Of a stretch of 64,000 nt of DNA, positions 10,327 through 21,700 are shown in pieces; positions within the stretch are counted from its first letter, which is position 1, and every line of letters begins with the position of its first letter. Location: sequence record SRR20825006_339; one strand, 5' to 3'. A model generated the notes under the pieces. The model saw only the letters and a program-made list of their open reading frames with translations. It was not told where the DNA came from and did not search any database. The translations under genes and the position numbers were made by a program.

Positions 10327-11217
10327 TTATTCAGGGTAAACACTCTTTTTAGCAGCAAGCAAAGTGTTCTTCATAAGCATCGCTACTGTCATCGGGCCCA
10401 CGCCACCAGGAACCGGAGTGATCCAACTTGCTTTCTTTTTTACCGATTCAAAGTCTACATCGCCAACAAGCTTATACCCTTTTTCAGTAGTTTCATCTGC
10501 AATACGGTTAATTCCCACATCAATAATTATAGCACCTTCTTTCACCATTTCACCTTTAATTAAGTGAGGCTGACCTGCGGCTACAATCAAAATATCTGCA
10601 TTAATTGTATGTAAGGTTAAATCTCTTGTGTATTTGTGGCAAATAGTGGTTGTAGCTTTACCAGTGGAATTTTCTCTGGACAGCATGGTAGCCATGGGCG
10701 AGCCAACAATATTACTTGCGCCAACTACCACAGCATGTTTTGCTTTTACAGGAATGCTATAATGTTTAAAAAGCTCCATCACACCTGCTGGCGTACAACT
10801 TTTAAAGCAAGGTTGATCTAACGCCAAACGTCCAACATTCATCGGATGAAAACCATCCACATCTTTACGGTGATCTATAGTTTCTATTACATCGTAAGAT
10901 GAAAGATGAGAAGGCAACGGAAGTTGAACTAAAATTCCATCTACATTGTCGTTGGTGTTCAGTTCTCGAATAACACTTTTGAGTTCTTTCGCAGAAATGG
11001 TGTCTTGTAAAACCATCGTGTTCGTTTCTATTCCCACTTCCTGGCAAGCTTTGGTTTTTGCGCCAGTATAAACAAGCGAAGCAGGATCATCCCCAACTAA
11101 TACAACTTGTAGAAATGGAGCTCTATTTCCTTTCTTTATCCAGTCAGCTACATCCTCACGAACTCGTTCTCTAACAAGTCCTGCTACCTTTTTGCCATCA
11201 ATTATTTCTGCACTCAT
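10327..11217 (-). CDS. folD: Bifunctional methylenetetrahydrofolate dehydrogenase/cyclohydrolase
   Basis: GILVQLPLP, KDVDGFHP and TPVPGGVGPMTVAML motifs. Confidence 0.98.
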   Translation of the reverse strand: MSAEIIDGKKVAGLVRERVREDVADWIKKGNRAPFLQVVLVGDDPASLVYTGAKTKACQEVGIETNTMVLQDTISAKELKSVIRELNTNDNVDGILVQLPLPSHLSSYDVIETIDHRKDVDGFHPMNVGRLALDQPCFKSCTPAGVMELFKHYSIPVKAKHAVVVGASNIVGSPMATMLSRENSTGKATTTICHKYTRDLTLHTINADILIVAAGQPHLIKGEMVKEGAIIIDVGINRIADETTEKGYKLVGDVDFESVKKKASWITPVPGGVGPMTVAMLMKNTLLAAKKSVYPE

Positions 11218-11219
11218 TA

Positions 11220-12590
11220 TTATCGCTCTATGTTATATTTTTTCATTTTCGTATAGATGTGGCTACGCTGTAAACCGATTGCATCTGCAGTTTGTGAAAT
11301 ATTCCAATCATTCTTTTCAAGCTGCTTTACTAAAAACACACGCTCTACTTTTTCTTTAAAATCTTGGAAATTTTCAATTTTATAGCCCATATCTTCTAAA
11401 TCATCAGACTCAGATTTGGACTCAAGAATGTCATTTACTGTTTGTTTATCGATAACATCACTTTGTGACAAAATACTTAGCCGTTCAATCGCATTTTGCA
11501 ACTCACGTACATTCCCAGACCAAGACCTTTTTTGAAGGGCTTTAAAACCTGCTTCGGAAATACTAACACCAGAAAAACTTATATCAGAAGTTTTCAATTT
11601 TTCTAAACAAGATTGAGCGATTAGAGGGATGTCTTCTTTCCGATCGGCAAGTGATGGAACGTGAATAGGAATGACACTAATTCGGTGAAATAAATCTTCT
11701 CTAAAGTTCCCGTCTTTGATTTCTTTTTTAAGATCCTTATTTGTCGCTGCTAAAATTCTTACATCAACAGAAATACTCTCATTGCCGCCAACACGGGTGA
11801 TTTTATTTTCTTGTAAAGCGCGGAGTACTTTTGCTTGGGCATCAAGAGTCATATCTCCAATTTCGTCTAGAAACAACGTTCCTTTATGTGCTTGCTCGAA
11901 CTTTCCGATACGCTGATCGCTAGCTCCTGTGAAAGCCCCTTTTTCATGTCCAAACAATTCACTTTCTAACAAATCAGCCGGAATGGCTGCACAGTTTACT
12001 TCAACAAAAATCTCATTAACTCTAGAACTTTTCTCGTGAATCCATTTTGCAACAAGCTCTTTACCGGTTCCGTTATCACCGGTAATAAGCACTCTAGACT
12101 GTGTTGGTGCTACTTTCTTAATAATGGATTTAATCTGTAGAATTGCTTTACTCTCTCCAATAATCGCTTGAATTTTTGGGAGTTTACGCCGAATCTGCTT
12201 TACTTCTTTAGTTAAATTATTTTGAGATAAGGCATTCCTAACCGTGAGTAAAAGTCGATTCAAATCTGGCGGTTTTTCTAGAAAATCGTACGCGCCCATT
12301 TTGGTTGCTTCTACGGCAATATCAATAGAACCATGCCCCGAAATCATGATTACAGGTAATTCGAAACCAGCGGTTCTAAGTTGCCTTAGCGTTTCAATTC
12401 CATCTATTCCCTTCATTTTAATATCTAGGAACATCAAATCGTAATTATTCTGGGAGATTAGTTCAAGAGCCTCACTCCCACTTTCAGCAGTGGTAACCTC
12501 GTAATCTTCGAACTCTAGAATCTCTTTGAGCGTATTTCGGATTCCACGTTCATCATCGGTAACTAAGATATGTGCTTTCTGATTCGTCAT
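11220..12590 (-). CDS. Sigma-54-dependent response regulator (NtrC/NtrX family; REC-AAA+-Fis HTH)
   Basis: REC domain (DDE, LDIKM), Walker A GDNGTGKE, GAFTGA, LFLDEIG and C-terminal HTH. Confidence 0.95.
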   Translation of the reverse strand: MTNQKAHILVTDDERGIRNTLKEILEFEDYEVTTAESGSEALELISQNNYDLMFLDIKMKGIDGIETLRQLRTAGFELPVIMISGHGSIDIAVEATKMGAYDFLEKPPDLNRLLLTVRNALSQNNLTKEVKQIRRKLPKIQAIIGESKAILQIKSIIKKVAPTQSRVLITGDNGTGKELVAKWIHEKSSRVNEIFVEVNCAAIPADLLESELFGHEKGAFTGASDQRIGKFEQAHKGTLFLDEIGDMTLDAQAKVLRALQENKITRVGGNESISVDVRILAATNKDLKKEIKDGNFREDLFHRISVIPIHVPSLADRKEDIPLIAQSCLEKLKTSDISFSGVSISEAGFKALQKRSWSGNVRELQNAIERLSILSQSDVIDKQTVNDILESKSESDDLEDMGYKIENFQDFKEKVERVFLVKQLEKNDWNISQTADAIGLQRSHIYTKMKKYNIER

Positions 12591-12602
12591 ACAATAAACT
12601 AA

Positions 12603-14042
12603 TCAATATTTAGCATACAGGTACTCAAGAATTTGCTGATGAGAAGCATCAACCACTGAAACTTTTCCCGTAAAATTATTTGTAGCAACGCTATAGGTAA
12701 TCATCTTTCCAGATTTTGATACAAAGTAACCTGCTAACGTTCTCATCCCTCCTACGTAACCTGTTTTTCCTCTTAAGTTATTTGCCAAAGGTGAGGTTTT
12801 AAATCTGTAGGAAAGTGAACCATCAATGCCTGCAATTGGCAAGCTGTTGTAATACACTTCAAACTCTTTATGCTTTTGCATGCTCGTTAGAAGTTGAGAA
12901 ATATTCGCTGTTGTGGTGAAATTTCCAGCGGCCAAACCAGAGCCATCATTCATCAGTACAAAGTTGGTATCTAGTTTCTGCTCAGCTAAGAAGTTTCTTA
13001 CTTCTAAAATTCCATTATCAAAGCTACCAGGAATACCTTTTTTCTCTGCGGCAAGGGTTTTCAGTAACATTTCTACATAAAAATTATCGCTTTCTTTATT
13101 CGCCCACTTAATAAGCTCAGCCAATGGCTTTGAAGATTGAGTTGCTAGGATTTGGTAGTTCGAGTAATCTTCGGGATTCGTTTGCGATGCAAAAATTTCC
13201 TGTTTCTTTGTTCTAGCTTCATTCCTGACTAAAAAATTCTCAAAGCTTTCTAGAAAAAATAAATCTCCACCATCGATAGAAAGCGCTTCTGTTTCGTAGT
13301 AACCTTGTGGTAAATCACTTGCAAGTGTAAAGTGATTGCGTCCCATTTCCCTTCTGTAATACTCGTCGTATTTTTTTCCTGGCTCTACAATAGTTTGATT
13401 ATTGACAATTTCAATGGCATCAATTTTTGGGTACCAATCTATGCGCGGTGTATCTCCAACATTCCCATTGGCAAAAACTTCCAAATCGAACGCATTGTTA
13501 TTAAATGAAAGCGCATTGATTTGAACTCCGTAATAAAAATTCAAATCGTACCAATCCCACCCTTTAGGGTAAACATCTTGGTCAAAGTAACTTGTTTCGG
13601 CCATGAGCTCTCCATTTATGGTAGCAATACCTTTGGCTCGAAACTGTTTTAAGAAGCTTTTAAACACAAACTCACGGTCGTCATTGTAAAGGAAGCCACT
13701 AATTGTGGGATCGCCTGAACCGCTTATAACCAACCTCCCCATCCAAGTAGAATCCACCAACTCGCCTTTGCTATAAATATTGGTAGTGTACTTAAAATCG
13801 CTACCTAATCGGTCTAGTACGGCGGCGGTGGTATATAATTTCTGATTTGATGCAGGAACAATTAGCTTTTTTGAATTTAGACTCTCTAAAATTGAGCCAT
13901 CTTCAGCGCGGATTGTTACACTCCATAATGCTTCTTGGTTTGGTAATTTACTTATTAGTTCATCTAGTGATTGAGCATAGCTTGAACTGCTAATAAAGAT
14001 AAAGAATAGAAAAAAAAGAACGCTACGATGAATGTATCTCAT
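12603..14042 (-). CDS. dacB: D-Ala-D-Ala carboxypeptidase/endopeptidase (PBP4, S13)
   Basis: Signal peptide; PASNQK (SxxK), SDN and KTG motifs. Confidence 0.93.
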   Translation of the reverse strand: MRYIHRSVLFFLFFIFISSSSYAQSLDELISKLPNQEALWSVTIRAEDGSILESLNSKKLIVPASNQKLYTTAAVLDRLGSDFKYTTNIYSKGELVDSTWMGRLVISGSGDPTISGFLYNDDREFVFKSFLKQFRAKGIATINGELMAETSYFDQDVYPKGWDWYDLNFYYGVQINALSFNNNAFDLEVFANGNVGDTPRIDWYPKIDAIEIVNNQTIVEPGKKYDEYYRREMGRNHFTLASDLPQGYYETEALSIDGGDLFFLESFENFLVRNEARTKKQEIFASQTNPEDYSNYQILATQSSKPLAELIKWANKESDNFYVEMLLKTLAAEKKGIPGSFDNGILEVRNFLAEQKLDTNFVLMNDGSGLAAGNFTTTANISQLLTSMQKHKEFEVYYNSLPIAGIDGSLSYRFKTSPLANNLRGKTGYVGGMRTLAGYFVSKSGKMITYSVATNNFTGKVSVVDASHQQILEYLYAKY

Positions 14043-14044
14043 AA

Positions 14045-14521
14045 TCAGTTTACAAAATATTTCTCTTCTTCAGCTTGAAAAGCTTCTAGAATTTCCTCTG
14101 GGGTTTGGCAAGCTAAAATCTGTTCGCGAAATGAACCACTATTCATAAGTCTTGAAATTCGACTTAGTAATTTAATATGTAAGCTATTTCTGGAATCTGG
14201 CCCTACTAGGAGAAAAACCATTCGAACGGGTTCTTCATCAATCGAATCGAAAGGCAAAGGCTCATCTAACAAAGCAAATGCTGCGAAATTATCTTCAACA
14301 GCTTTTGTCTTGCAGTGCGGAATTCCTAATCCTTTTCCAACGCCTGTAGACATCACCTTTTCTCTTTCGAGAACAGCTGCCTTTACTTCAGCAATTTTAT
14401 CAACACCTATTTTTTGTTCTAATGTATCTATCAACACCGAAATCAACTCTTTTTTATTCTTTACCTTTAGCTGAGATAAAGTGGTTGTGGTATCCAGAAG
14501 TGAGAATAAGTTCATAGGCAT
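14045..14521 (-). CDS. PTS sugar transporter subunit IIA (Ntr/Fru type)
   Basis: EREKVMSTGVGKGLGIPH phospho-His motif; HIKLLSRISR. Confidence 0.92.
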   Translation of the reverse strand: MPMNLFSLLDTTTTLSQLKVKNKKELISVLIDTLEQKIGVDKIAEVKAAVLEREKVMSTGVGKGLGIPHCKTKAVEDNFAAFALLDEPLPFDSIDEEPVRMVFLLVGPDSRNSLHIKLLSRISRLMNSGSFREQILACQTPEEILEAFQAEEEKYFVN

Positions 14522-14731
14522 GCCGAGTCCAAAAGAGTGAATTATTAGGTCTGCAATATATGAATGACTTGGCTACTCTATCAAAGTTTAATTTGAGAGT
14601 TTTTAACTTTTTGATTCCCTCAGGTTGATGGAATTTACCCAGCTGAAAGATTTATTCTTTAGGATTCTAGAATTTCATTCGCTAAATCAATTACTGTTAC
14701 ATCTTCACCTTCTAAATCCGTAAACTTAGGG

Positions 14732-15400
14732 ATGCATTGGATAGCAAGTACCATTACCGTTTTTAAGAAAGATTTGAGGATAGAACTCCGAACAAAGCAT
14801 GCCATAAACATGGTTCTAGCATTTGTTGTGGCCTCCTTACTTCTTGTCATGTTTACATTAAAAGTTCAAGATTTAAACCCCACACCTAAAAGTGGTTTAG
14901 TTTGGATTATTATTCTTTTCTCAGCGCTTTCTTCATTGGGGCGTAGCTTTATAGTAGAAACGGATAAGAATACCTATAATGTTTTGAGAATTTACGCTCA
15001 AGGTTCATCCGTTTTTGCTGGAAAAATGGTTTATAACATGCTATTCACCTTGGCTATCAATCTTTTAACATTTACGCTTTATATCTTTTTGGCGAATATT
15101 ATTGTCGTTTCTTGGTGGGCGTTTGTAATGATTTTATTCTTGGGAACAGCAGGATTATCAAGCGTGTCTACAATGATTGCAGCTATTGTATCACAGGCTG
15201 ATCGTAAAGGAGCTATATTTTCAGTACTTACCATTCCTCTTTTCATCCCATTTATTCTATTGCTTACTAATTTAACTAAAGCGGCTTTTGTAAACGGGAT
15301 GAACGCAGGAGTAACAAACGATTTAATGGCTCTTGTAGGTTTTATAGGAGTTACTATAACCGCAGGAATTGTACTTTTTGAATATATTTGGGAGGAATGA
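14732..15400 (+). CDS. ccmB: Heme exporter protein B
   Basis: KKDLRIELR N-terminus, six TM helices and L.IPLFIP motif. Confidence 0.88.
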   Translation: MHWIASTITVFKKDLRIELRTKHAINMVLAFVVASLLLVMFTLKVQDLNPTPKSGLVWIIILFSALSSLGRSFIVETDKNTYNVLRIYAQGSSVFAGKMVYNMLFTLAINLLTFTLYIFLANIIVVSWWAFVMILFLGTAGLSSVSTMIAAIVSQADRKGAIFSVLTIPLFIPFILLLTNLTKAAFVNGMNAGVTNDLMALVGFIGVTITAGIVLFEYIWEE

Positions 15401-16587
15401 GTTTGAGTATAGCATTTGGAAATAGACGTATTATTGGCCAGCAAAGAGCTAAAAACCAGGTTGAGCGAATATTAGAATCTGAACGAATAAGCCATGCGTA
15501 TTTAATATCGGGGCCAAGTGGCGTAGGTAAAACTGCCTTTGCGCTTGCATTTGCAGAGATTATAAATGGAATTAGCAACCTCACTGATTTAGGTGACAAA
15601 ACGGTCTCAAAAAAATCATCTTGGTTTACACATCCCGATATTCACATCTTTATTCCAAAACCTACCTCTGTTGATATTTCGGATTTAAGAAGCAGGTTAG
15701 AGTTACTGGCAAAAGATCCATATGAAATTATAAGTTACTCACAACGTCCTTCAGTAAACGACAGTCAATCTTCAAAAAATCTACAAGCTTTTTACCCTGT
15801 TGATTATTTTCGGGATGATATCCGCCCACTAGCTAAGTTAAGACCAAACGAAGGTGCTCGTGTTATAATAATTATGACACAAGTTGAAACTATGCGAAAA
15901 GAAACGGCAAATGCTTTCTTAAAGCTCCTTGAGGAACCCTCTGATCGCCTCATGTTTGTTTTAACTACCGAAAGCTATGAAAACCTACTGCCAACAATCA
16001 CTTCTAGGTGCCAACATATTCCTCTGGCAACATTAACCCCTACTGAAGTTGAAGAAGGCTTAATTCATGTGGATGGTATAAATGCTGATGATGCAAAATA
16101 TCTGGCTCGTGTTTCAGGCGGTAATTACGCGAATACTCGTTTTTTTGATATTGGCAGATTAAAGCAGACTCGCGAAGAAATCATAACTTTCCTTCGGCTT
16201 TCATTCAGTCAAGATGCTACACAACTTTCCAAGCTTACCCAAGATTGGCAAAGCTCCAATAATATTGAAGGAATGATTGCGCTCACTAATTTGATGGAGA
16301 TGTACATTCGGGATATTATGGTTTACAAAACCACACAGAACCCCAATCTTATAACTAATGTTGACCAAATAGATTCTATATCTAAATTTGTGAGCGCTTT
16401 AAAAAATGCAAAGTTAGAAGAGATGATTAAACACTTAAATGAATGCCGACCTATGTTACGCCAAAATGTATCAGCGAAACTTATTTTTGTAGTTTTAGCG
16501 TTACGTTTTTCGAGTTTAATGAGAGGCAATGAGCCCATAATAGGCAGCAATGAAAACTGGAAACATTTACCTGCATTTGTAGAATAA
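15397..16587 (+). CDS. holB: DNA polymerase III subunit delta'
   Basis: HAYLISGPSGVGKT, HPDIH, ANAFLKLLEEP and LLPTITSRC. Start placed at ATG 15397, which has GGAGG just upstream and an ATGA overlap with ccmB. Confidence 0.9.
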   Translation: MSLSIAFGNRRIIGQQRAKNQVERILESERISHAYLISGPSGVGKTAFALAFAEIINGISNLTDLGDKTVSKKSSWFTHPDIHIFIPKPTSVDISDLRSRLELLAKDPYEIISYSQRPSVNDSQSSKNLQAFYPVDYFRDDIRPLAKLRPNEGARVIIIMTQVETMRKETANAFLKLLEEPSDRLMFVLTTESYENLLPTITSRCQHIPLATLTPTEVEEGLIHVDGINADDAKYLARVSGGNYANTRFFDIGRLKQTREEIITFLRLSFSQDATQLSKLTQDWQSSNNIEGMIALTNLMEMYIRDIMVYKTTQNPNLITNVDQIDSISKFVSALKNAKLEEMIKHLNECRPMLRQNVSAKLIFVVLALRFSSLMRGNEPIIGSNENWKHLPAFVE

Positions 16588-17414
16588 TGGCGGAAATCTA
16601 TTTCGATAAAATGGAAGGTGCTGGTAACGATTTTATAGTTATTGACAACCGAAGTAATCTTTTTAGTCTTGATGAAATTATTGAGATAACACCCAAGCTA
16701 TGTGATAGAAAATTCGGTGTGGGTGCGGATGGGATTTTGGTTTTAGAGAATCCAAAAATCGCAAATGTAGACTATACGATGGTTTACAGAAATGCAGACG
16801 GTAGCGATGCTGGAATGTGTGGAAACGGTAGCCGTTGCCTTGCACTTTACGCTGTAACTAAAGGCTTTAGTAGTGTTCACACTTTTAATGTCCATAAAGC
16901 AATTTATACCGCAGAAGTTGATGAGATGCAGCAAACAGTTCAAATTAGTTTCCCTGATGTAAAAAATCCGACTCCTTTGACGATTGATGATCGACCTCTA
17001 TCTCAAGTATATACGGGCACCGAACACGTTGTTAAATTTGTATCTTCTGATGCTCTAGAAATTGAAGAGGAATTGGTTATTGAAGGAAGTTCAATTCGTT
17101 GGCACGATACCTTAAATCCCCCAGGAAGTAATGTAAACTTTGTCCATAAAATCGATTCTAACAATATCAAATTACAAACTTATGAACGAGGTGTTGAGAA
17201 TTTAACGCTCGCTTGTGGAACAGGAGCTATTGCCTCTGCCATTGCTGCTCACCACGTTAATGGTTCTATTGATGGAACATTTACAACAAACGTGAATGTG
17301 AAAGGTGGGTTACTTCAGGTTTTGTTTGATTATAATAACTCTGAAAGTATCTACACAAAAACCAAACTCAAAGGTCCTGCTAATTTTGTATTCAGCGGTA
17401 TGTTTAATGCATAG
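16587..17414 (+). CDS. dapF: Diaminopimelate epimerase
   Basis: GAGNDF, MCGNG and ERGV...LACGTG motifs. Confidence 0.97.
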   Translation: MAEIYFDKMEGAGNDFIVIDNRSNLFSLDEIIEITPKLCDRKFGVGADGILVLENPKIANVDYTMVYRNADGSDAGMCGNGSRCLALYAVTKGFSSVHTFNVHKAIYTAEVDEMQQTVQISFPDVKNPTPLTIDDRPLSQVYTGTEHVVKFVSSDALEIEEELVIEGSSIRWHDTLNPPGSNVNFVHKIDSNNIKLQTYERGVENLTLACGTGAIASAIAAHHVNGSIDGTFTTNVNVKGGLLQVLFDYNNSESIYTKTKLKGPANFVFSGMFNA

Positions 17415-18705
17415 ATTTCACATCGTATTTGCTTTCTGTGTTTTATTACTTTCGTGTTCTGGCTTACAACGAACTAATCATAGCAACCCCAGTTTTGTTG
17501 CACTCGATTACAGCTTGTACAGCCCTTTGCTAGTTAAAGACCAACTTCCTGCTCCACAATCCATCAAAAGCATTCAGCTATATAGAAAGGGAAATAAGCA
17601 GAATCCTCCCATTATAAAACTTGGCACTTCGGCGCGCATTGTCTTGGAGTTTGATGAGCTTAGTTCCTTAAGTGGTCAATATACTATTCGATTCACTCAT
17701 CATAACCAAGATTGGAGTTCTAGTAATATTCCTGATGTTTGGTTTCTAGATGGCATTAATGATTTGTTAGTACAAAACGGAGATGTTAATCGACTTTCTC
17801 AGCCAAATTTTTATCGATATAAAACTGAATTCCCAAATCAACAGATTAAGTTTAAAGCAAGTGGTAATTATCTGCTTCATGTCTATGACTTTTCATCTAA
17901 TACTGAACTATTCAGTTTACCTTTTTTCGTAACAGAAGACATGGGTGCCATTACTAGCAATAGTGAAACTGTTTATAATAGTGGCTCTAGATACTCCACC
18001 ATCAACCAACTTTTCTCGGAATATCAATATCCTGAGGATATTACCATGCCTCAATTCGATCTTACTTTTTCGTACGTACAAAATAGATTCTGGGGAAATT
18101 ATATCAGTCCATCCGAAAAAGATGTAAGTAATCCAGGGAAAATTCGTTTTTATACAGCTAGAGGAAACTCATTTTCCGCAGAATTTGATTTTATTCCGTT
18201 AGACCTTTCCGAACTTAATATTAATAATAGAAGGATTGTTGATTGGCAGCCAGAGTTTACCCCACCTCGTATTATTCTTAAAGAAGATGTTATTAATTTC
18301 TCGGCCAGCCCAACTCCTACTTATTCATCTAGCTTTGGAAATCCAAGTTCAACTAATTTTGATAGGTATGCTAATGTCAGGTTCAGTTTAGAACTTGGAG
18401 CTATTAATAACTCCAATCCAGAAATCTATGTTTCAGGAGATTTCAACCAATGGCGAACAGATTCACAATACAAGCTTTTCAAAAATAATGAATCTGGACT
18501 TTGGGAAACCAATGTTATAATGAAGCAGGGCAAATATCGTTATAAGTACTTTCTGAAAAGTGAATACTCTGATTCTGACTTTGTGCCTTTAAATGATGCC
18601 ATCACTAATGTGAAACAAGAATACTTTGGCTTTGTGTATTACAGAGACCCAGAGTATAATTATCAGCGTTTACTCATTACAACAAATTTCGACTCTAACG
18701 ATTAG
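17407..18705 (+). CDS. DUF5103-type lipoprotein (T9SS plug-like, Ig/CBM48-like domains)
   Basis: Likely start MHRFH with lipobox LLLSC. PIIKLG...LEFDEL, SGNYLL and IYVSGDFNQW...MKQGKYRYKY resemble DUF5103. Confidence 0.7.
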   Translation: MHRFHIVFAFCVLLLSCSGLQRTNHSNPSFVALDYSLYSPLLVKDQLPAPQSIKSIQLYRKGNKQNPPIIKLGTSARIVLEFDELSSLSGQYTIRFTHHNQDWSSSNIPDVWFLDGINDLLVQNGDVNRLSQPNFYRYKTEFPNQQIKFKASGNYLLHVYDFSSNTELFSLPFFVTEDMGAITSNSETVYNSGSRYSTINQLFSEYQYPEDITMPQFDLTFSYVQNRFWGNYISPSEKDVSNPGKIRFYTARGNSFSAEFDFIPLDLSELNINNRRIVDWQPEFTPPRIILKEDVINFSASPTPTYSSSFGNPSSTNFDRYANVRFSLELGAINNSNPEIYVSGDFNQWRTDSQYKLFKNNESGLWETNVIMKQGKYRYKYFLKSEYSDSDFVPLNDAITNVKQEYFGFVYYRDPEYNYQRLLITTNFDSND

Positions 18706-21700
18706 AAGTCTATTCCAATACTAAAGTAATGAACAGCTTTGGGATTAAAGCCTGTACGATCATAAGCCCAACCAATATCATAGCCAAACGGTAGTCCAAA
18801 AAGAATCGAACGTACACCAAAACCAGCGCCAATTAACACATCTCCATCGATGTAAGGAACTTCGATAAACTGATTGTTTCCTACTGGTGCGTAACCTATC
18901 CGTTGCTTACCCACGGTAAAATCAAGCCTTTTACTATTTGCTATTGGATTGCCATTAGTGTCGAGAAGGTTGTAAGAAATATTTTCTCCCCACGCAGTAC
19001 CTGCATCTATAAATACGAGCCCAGTAATATTATAAAGAGGTAAAATCGGTAAAGCCCCGGGTACTAAAGCCGCGAACATTGGGAATCTATATTCCGCATT
19101 AATTAACCCAAAATAGTTGCCGTAAATAGAATTGTATTCAAAGCCACGTAATGGTACCGCAGGAACAGTGAAAAAAGAATCTGCCAATCGGTCTATTGAA
19201 ATACCATTCTCTGCCCACTTCTGGTTTAGCCATCCTAACTTGCCTCCCATAAAGTAATTTTGAGCATCCTTTCCTATCGATGCACCCCCAGAAAGTCTAA
19301 GCCCTATAGAATAACGAGATCCTAAATCAACATACTTCCTATAATCGCCCAAGATAGACGCAAATTGTGGAGACGAAGAACTAAATGCTGGGCTTGCGCT
19401 TAGCCCAATAGAGTAACGTGAGCCACCTTCTGGTGTTATAAAACCTGGCAATGTATTGTCACTTGTAAATATTATCTCAGGATTGATAAACTGACTTTTC
19501 TCATTCGGGTTTCTGCTTGTGTTAGAAGAAGCACCAGTATCATCAATTACTCCATAAACTGTATTGTAATCAAGAATTACGCCGATCATTGTTAAATTGA
19601 AATCGAAGCGTTTGAATTTATCAATGGGATACTGAAGAGTTATCCCTGAGCCATAAGTTCTATACCGAATTAGTTCGCCATAATAAGTTTGGTATTTCCT
19701 AGCAGTATGGAAATAGCTTACAAAGTAATTCAAACGATTTTTGAAATTACCGTACTGCACACTATAGTCACTATCACGAAGGTCAAATACAAAATTTGTG
19801 CCTAATGCGATCTGATGGTCTCCAAGTAAATCACTTACTAAAAACTGAGCCAATGCAGAAGAACCGTATGTTGATGCTACAAAAGTTGGGCTATATGCAA
19901 TATCAACATCAAACTTCAATCGATACTCTTCGGGTACGTATTTACCATCATCTGTTATATTGTCTTTTACATCAAAGTTTATGACGTCTTTAAGTACTAA
20001 TGTTGTGTCTTGAATTACATCATCGGCAAAAACATAATTTCTAAAATCGATAACTCCATCTTCCACTTTTGCCTCTTCTTCAACAACTTTTTCCTTTTTC
20101 TGCTCTTCCTCAATCTTGGCAACTGAGGCTACTCCTGAGGTAAACATTTGGCGAGCATATGCTGTTGCTGGAACTCTTTGTTCTTCCGTTTCAGAGTCTC
20201 TACGTTGAGCCCAATAGTTCTGTTTTAGGTTAGTACTTTTCTTTCTATTGAAAGGACTCTTAAGTAGGAAAACATCGATATATCCTTGGTTAATTGCTCC
20301 GAAAGCAATTCTTGACCCATCTGCGCTAATGGAAAGCTGTGAAATTCCTGCTTGTAAATCTGTTAACGGTGTAGATGTTCTAGTAGCCGTATCTAGCGTA
20401 TAAATATTCTGAATTCCATTTTCATCGGATATGAAAACAATCCTACCATCTAAGGTTGAGCTTGGCTGCATTTCATTCCAATTCGGTGTGCTCGTTAATC
20501 GGATAGCCTTTTTTGAATTCAATGTTACCTGAAAAATATCAGTTTGGTACATGCTCTCATTATTGAGCAAATTATACTCAGTTGTATAAGTGCCTAAATC
20601 GGTTTTGGCTCCACGGTTTGAAGTGAAGTAAATCGATTTGGAATCACTAGACCATGCAGGTTCGCGATCGGAAAAAAAATCTTGAGTTAAATCTACAAGC
20701 TCTTTTGTTTCCAGATTGTAAACAAAAATATCTTGGTATGGACCAACATTTCCATCGAATGCAATTTTTGTTCCATCTGGAGACCAAGCTACGGAACCAA
20801 TTGCATCTAAATCTGGGAATTTAAGCTTCTCTAATTTCCCAGTTGTATAGTCTATAATAGCAATATCGTCTCTTCCTTTCGACTTTGTTGAAAGAGCTAG
20901 CTTCCTTCCATTGGGAGACCAAGTAAGATTCGGATTTAGAATATTTAACTCTTCGAAGTCAGGATTATCCTCTCCTCTAATAAGAGTTTTAAGCTTTTGT
21001 CCATTAATGGTGTTAATTACCACAACATCAAAATAACCGCGCTTATTGGTTATAAAAGCAATTTTATCTCCTTGGGGAGAGATTGCAGGACTAGTATTAT
21101 AAGTACCAAAAACGCCTCTTTTGGTAAGAAGAGTAGCAATATTATCAGCGCTTTCTCTTTCTGCTACTTCTGGGTAATAACGTTTTTTAAGGGCGTCTTG
21201 CCACTTGTCGGATAGCTCATTTAAAGAATATCCCAAAGAAAGTGTAAGCCCGTACTCAACACTTCTACTTGTTTTAATACGCTGTAATATTTCAGCAATT
21301 TTCTCTCTACCGTATTCTTCTACAATATAATTCCAAACCGATTGCCCTCCTCTATAGGAGTAGTAACCGCTTAAATATGGAATCGGAGGTAAGTAATTAT
21401 TTATTACGGCATCTCGTATAAACATATCGGTATTTGTATCCCAACCGAGGGCGGTGTATTCAGCAAGTCCTTCTTCAAACCAAAGAGGAAATGCTAACTG
21501 AATATTATTCTGAATAATAGACTGTATGGAACCGCCATAAAACATATCGTTAAAAACGGCATGTACAAGTTCATGATGTAAAGTTCTTCTGAATTCTGCA
21601 TAATCTCCAGAGAACGGAATAGTCATTCTGTTTTTGAGCTTATCCGTTACCCCACCAATACCTTCCGCGCTAGTTGGAAGTGTAACTACGTTGGTTTGTG

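Noticed and set aside
14522-14731. Possible riboswitch in the PTS-IIA/ccmB spacer
   Set aside because: Only weak hairpins and no recognisable aptamer consensus; adequately explained as a divergent promoter region.
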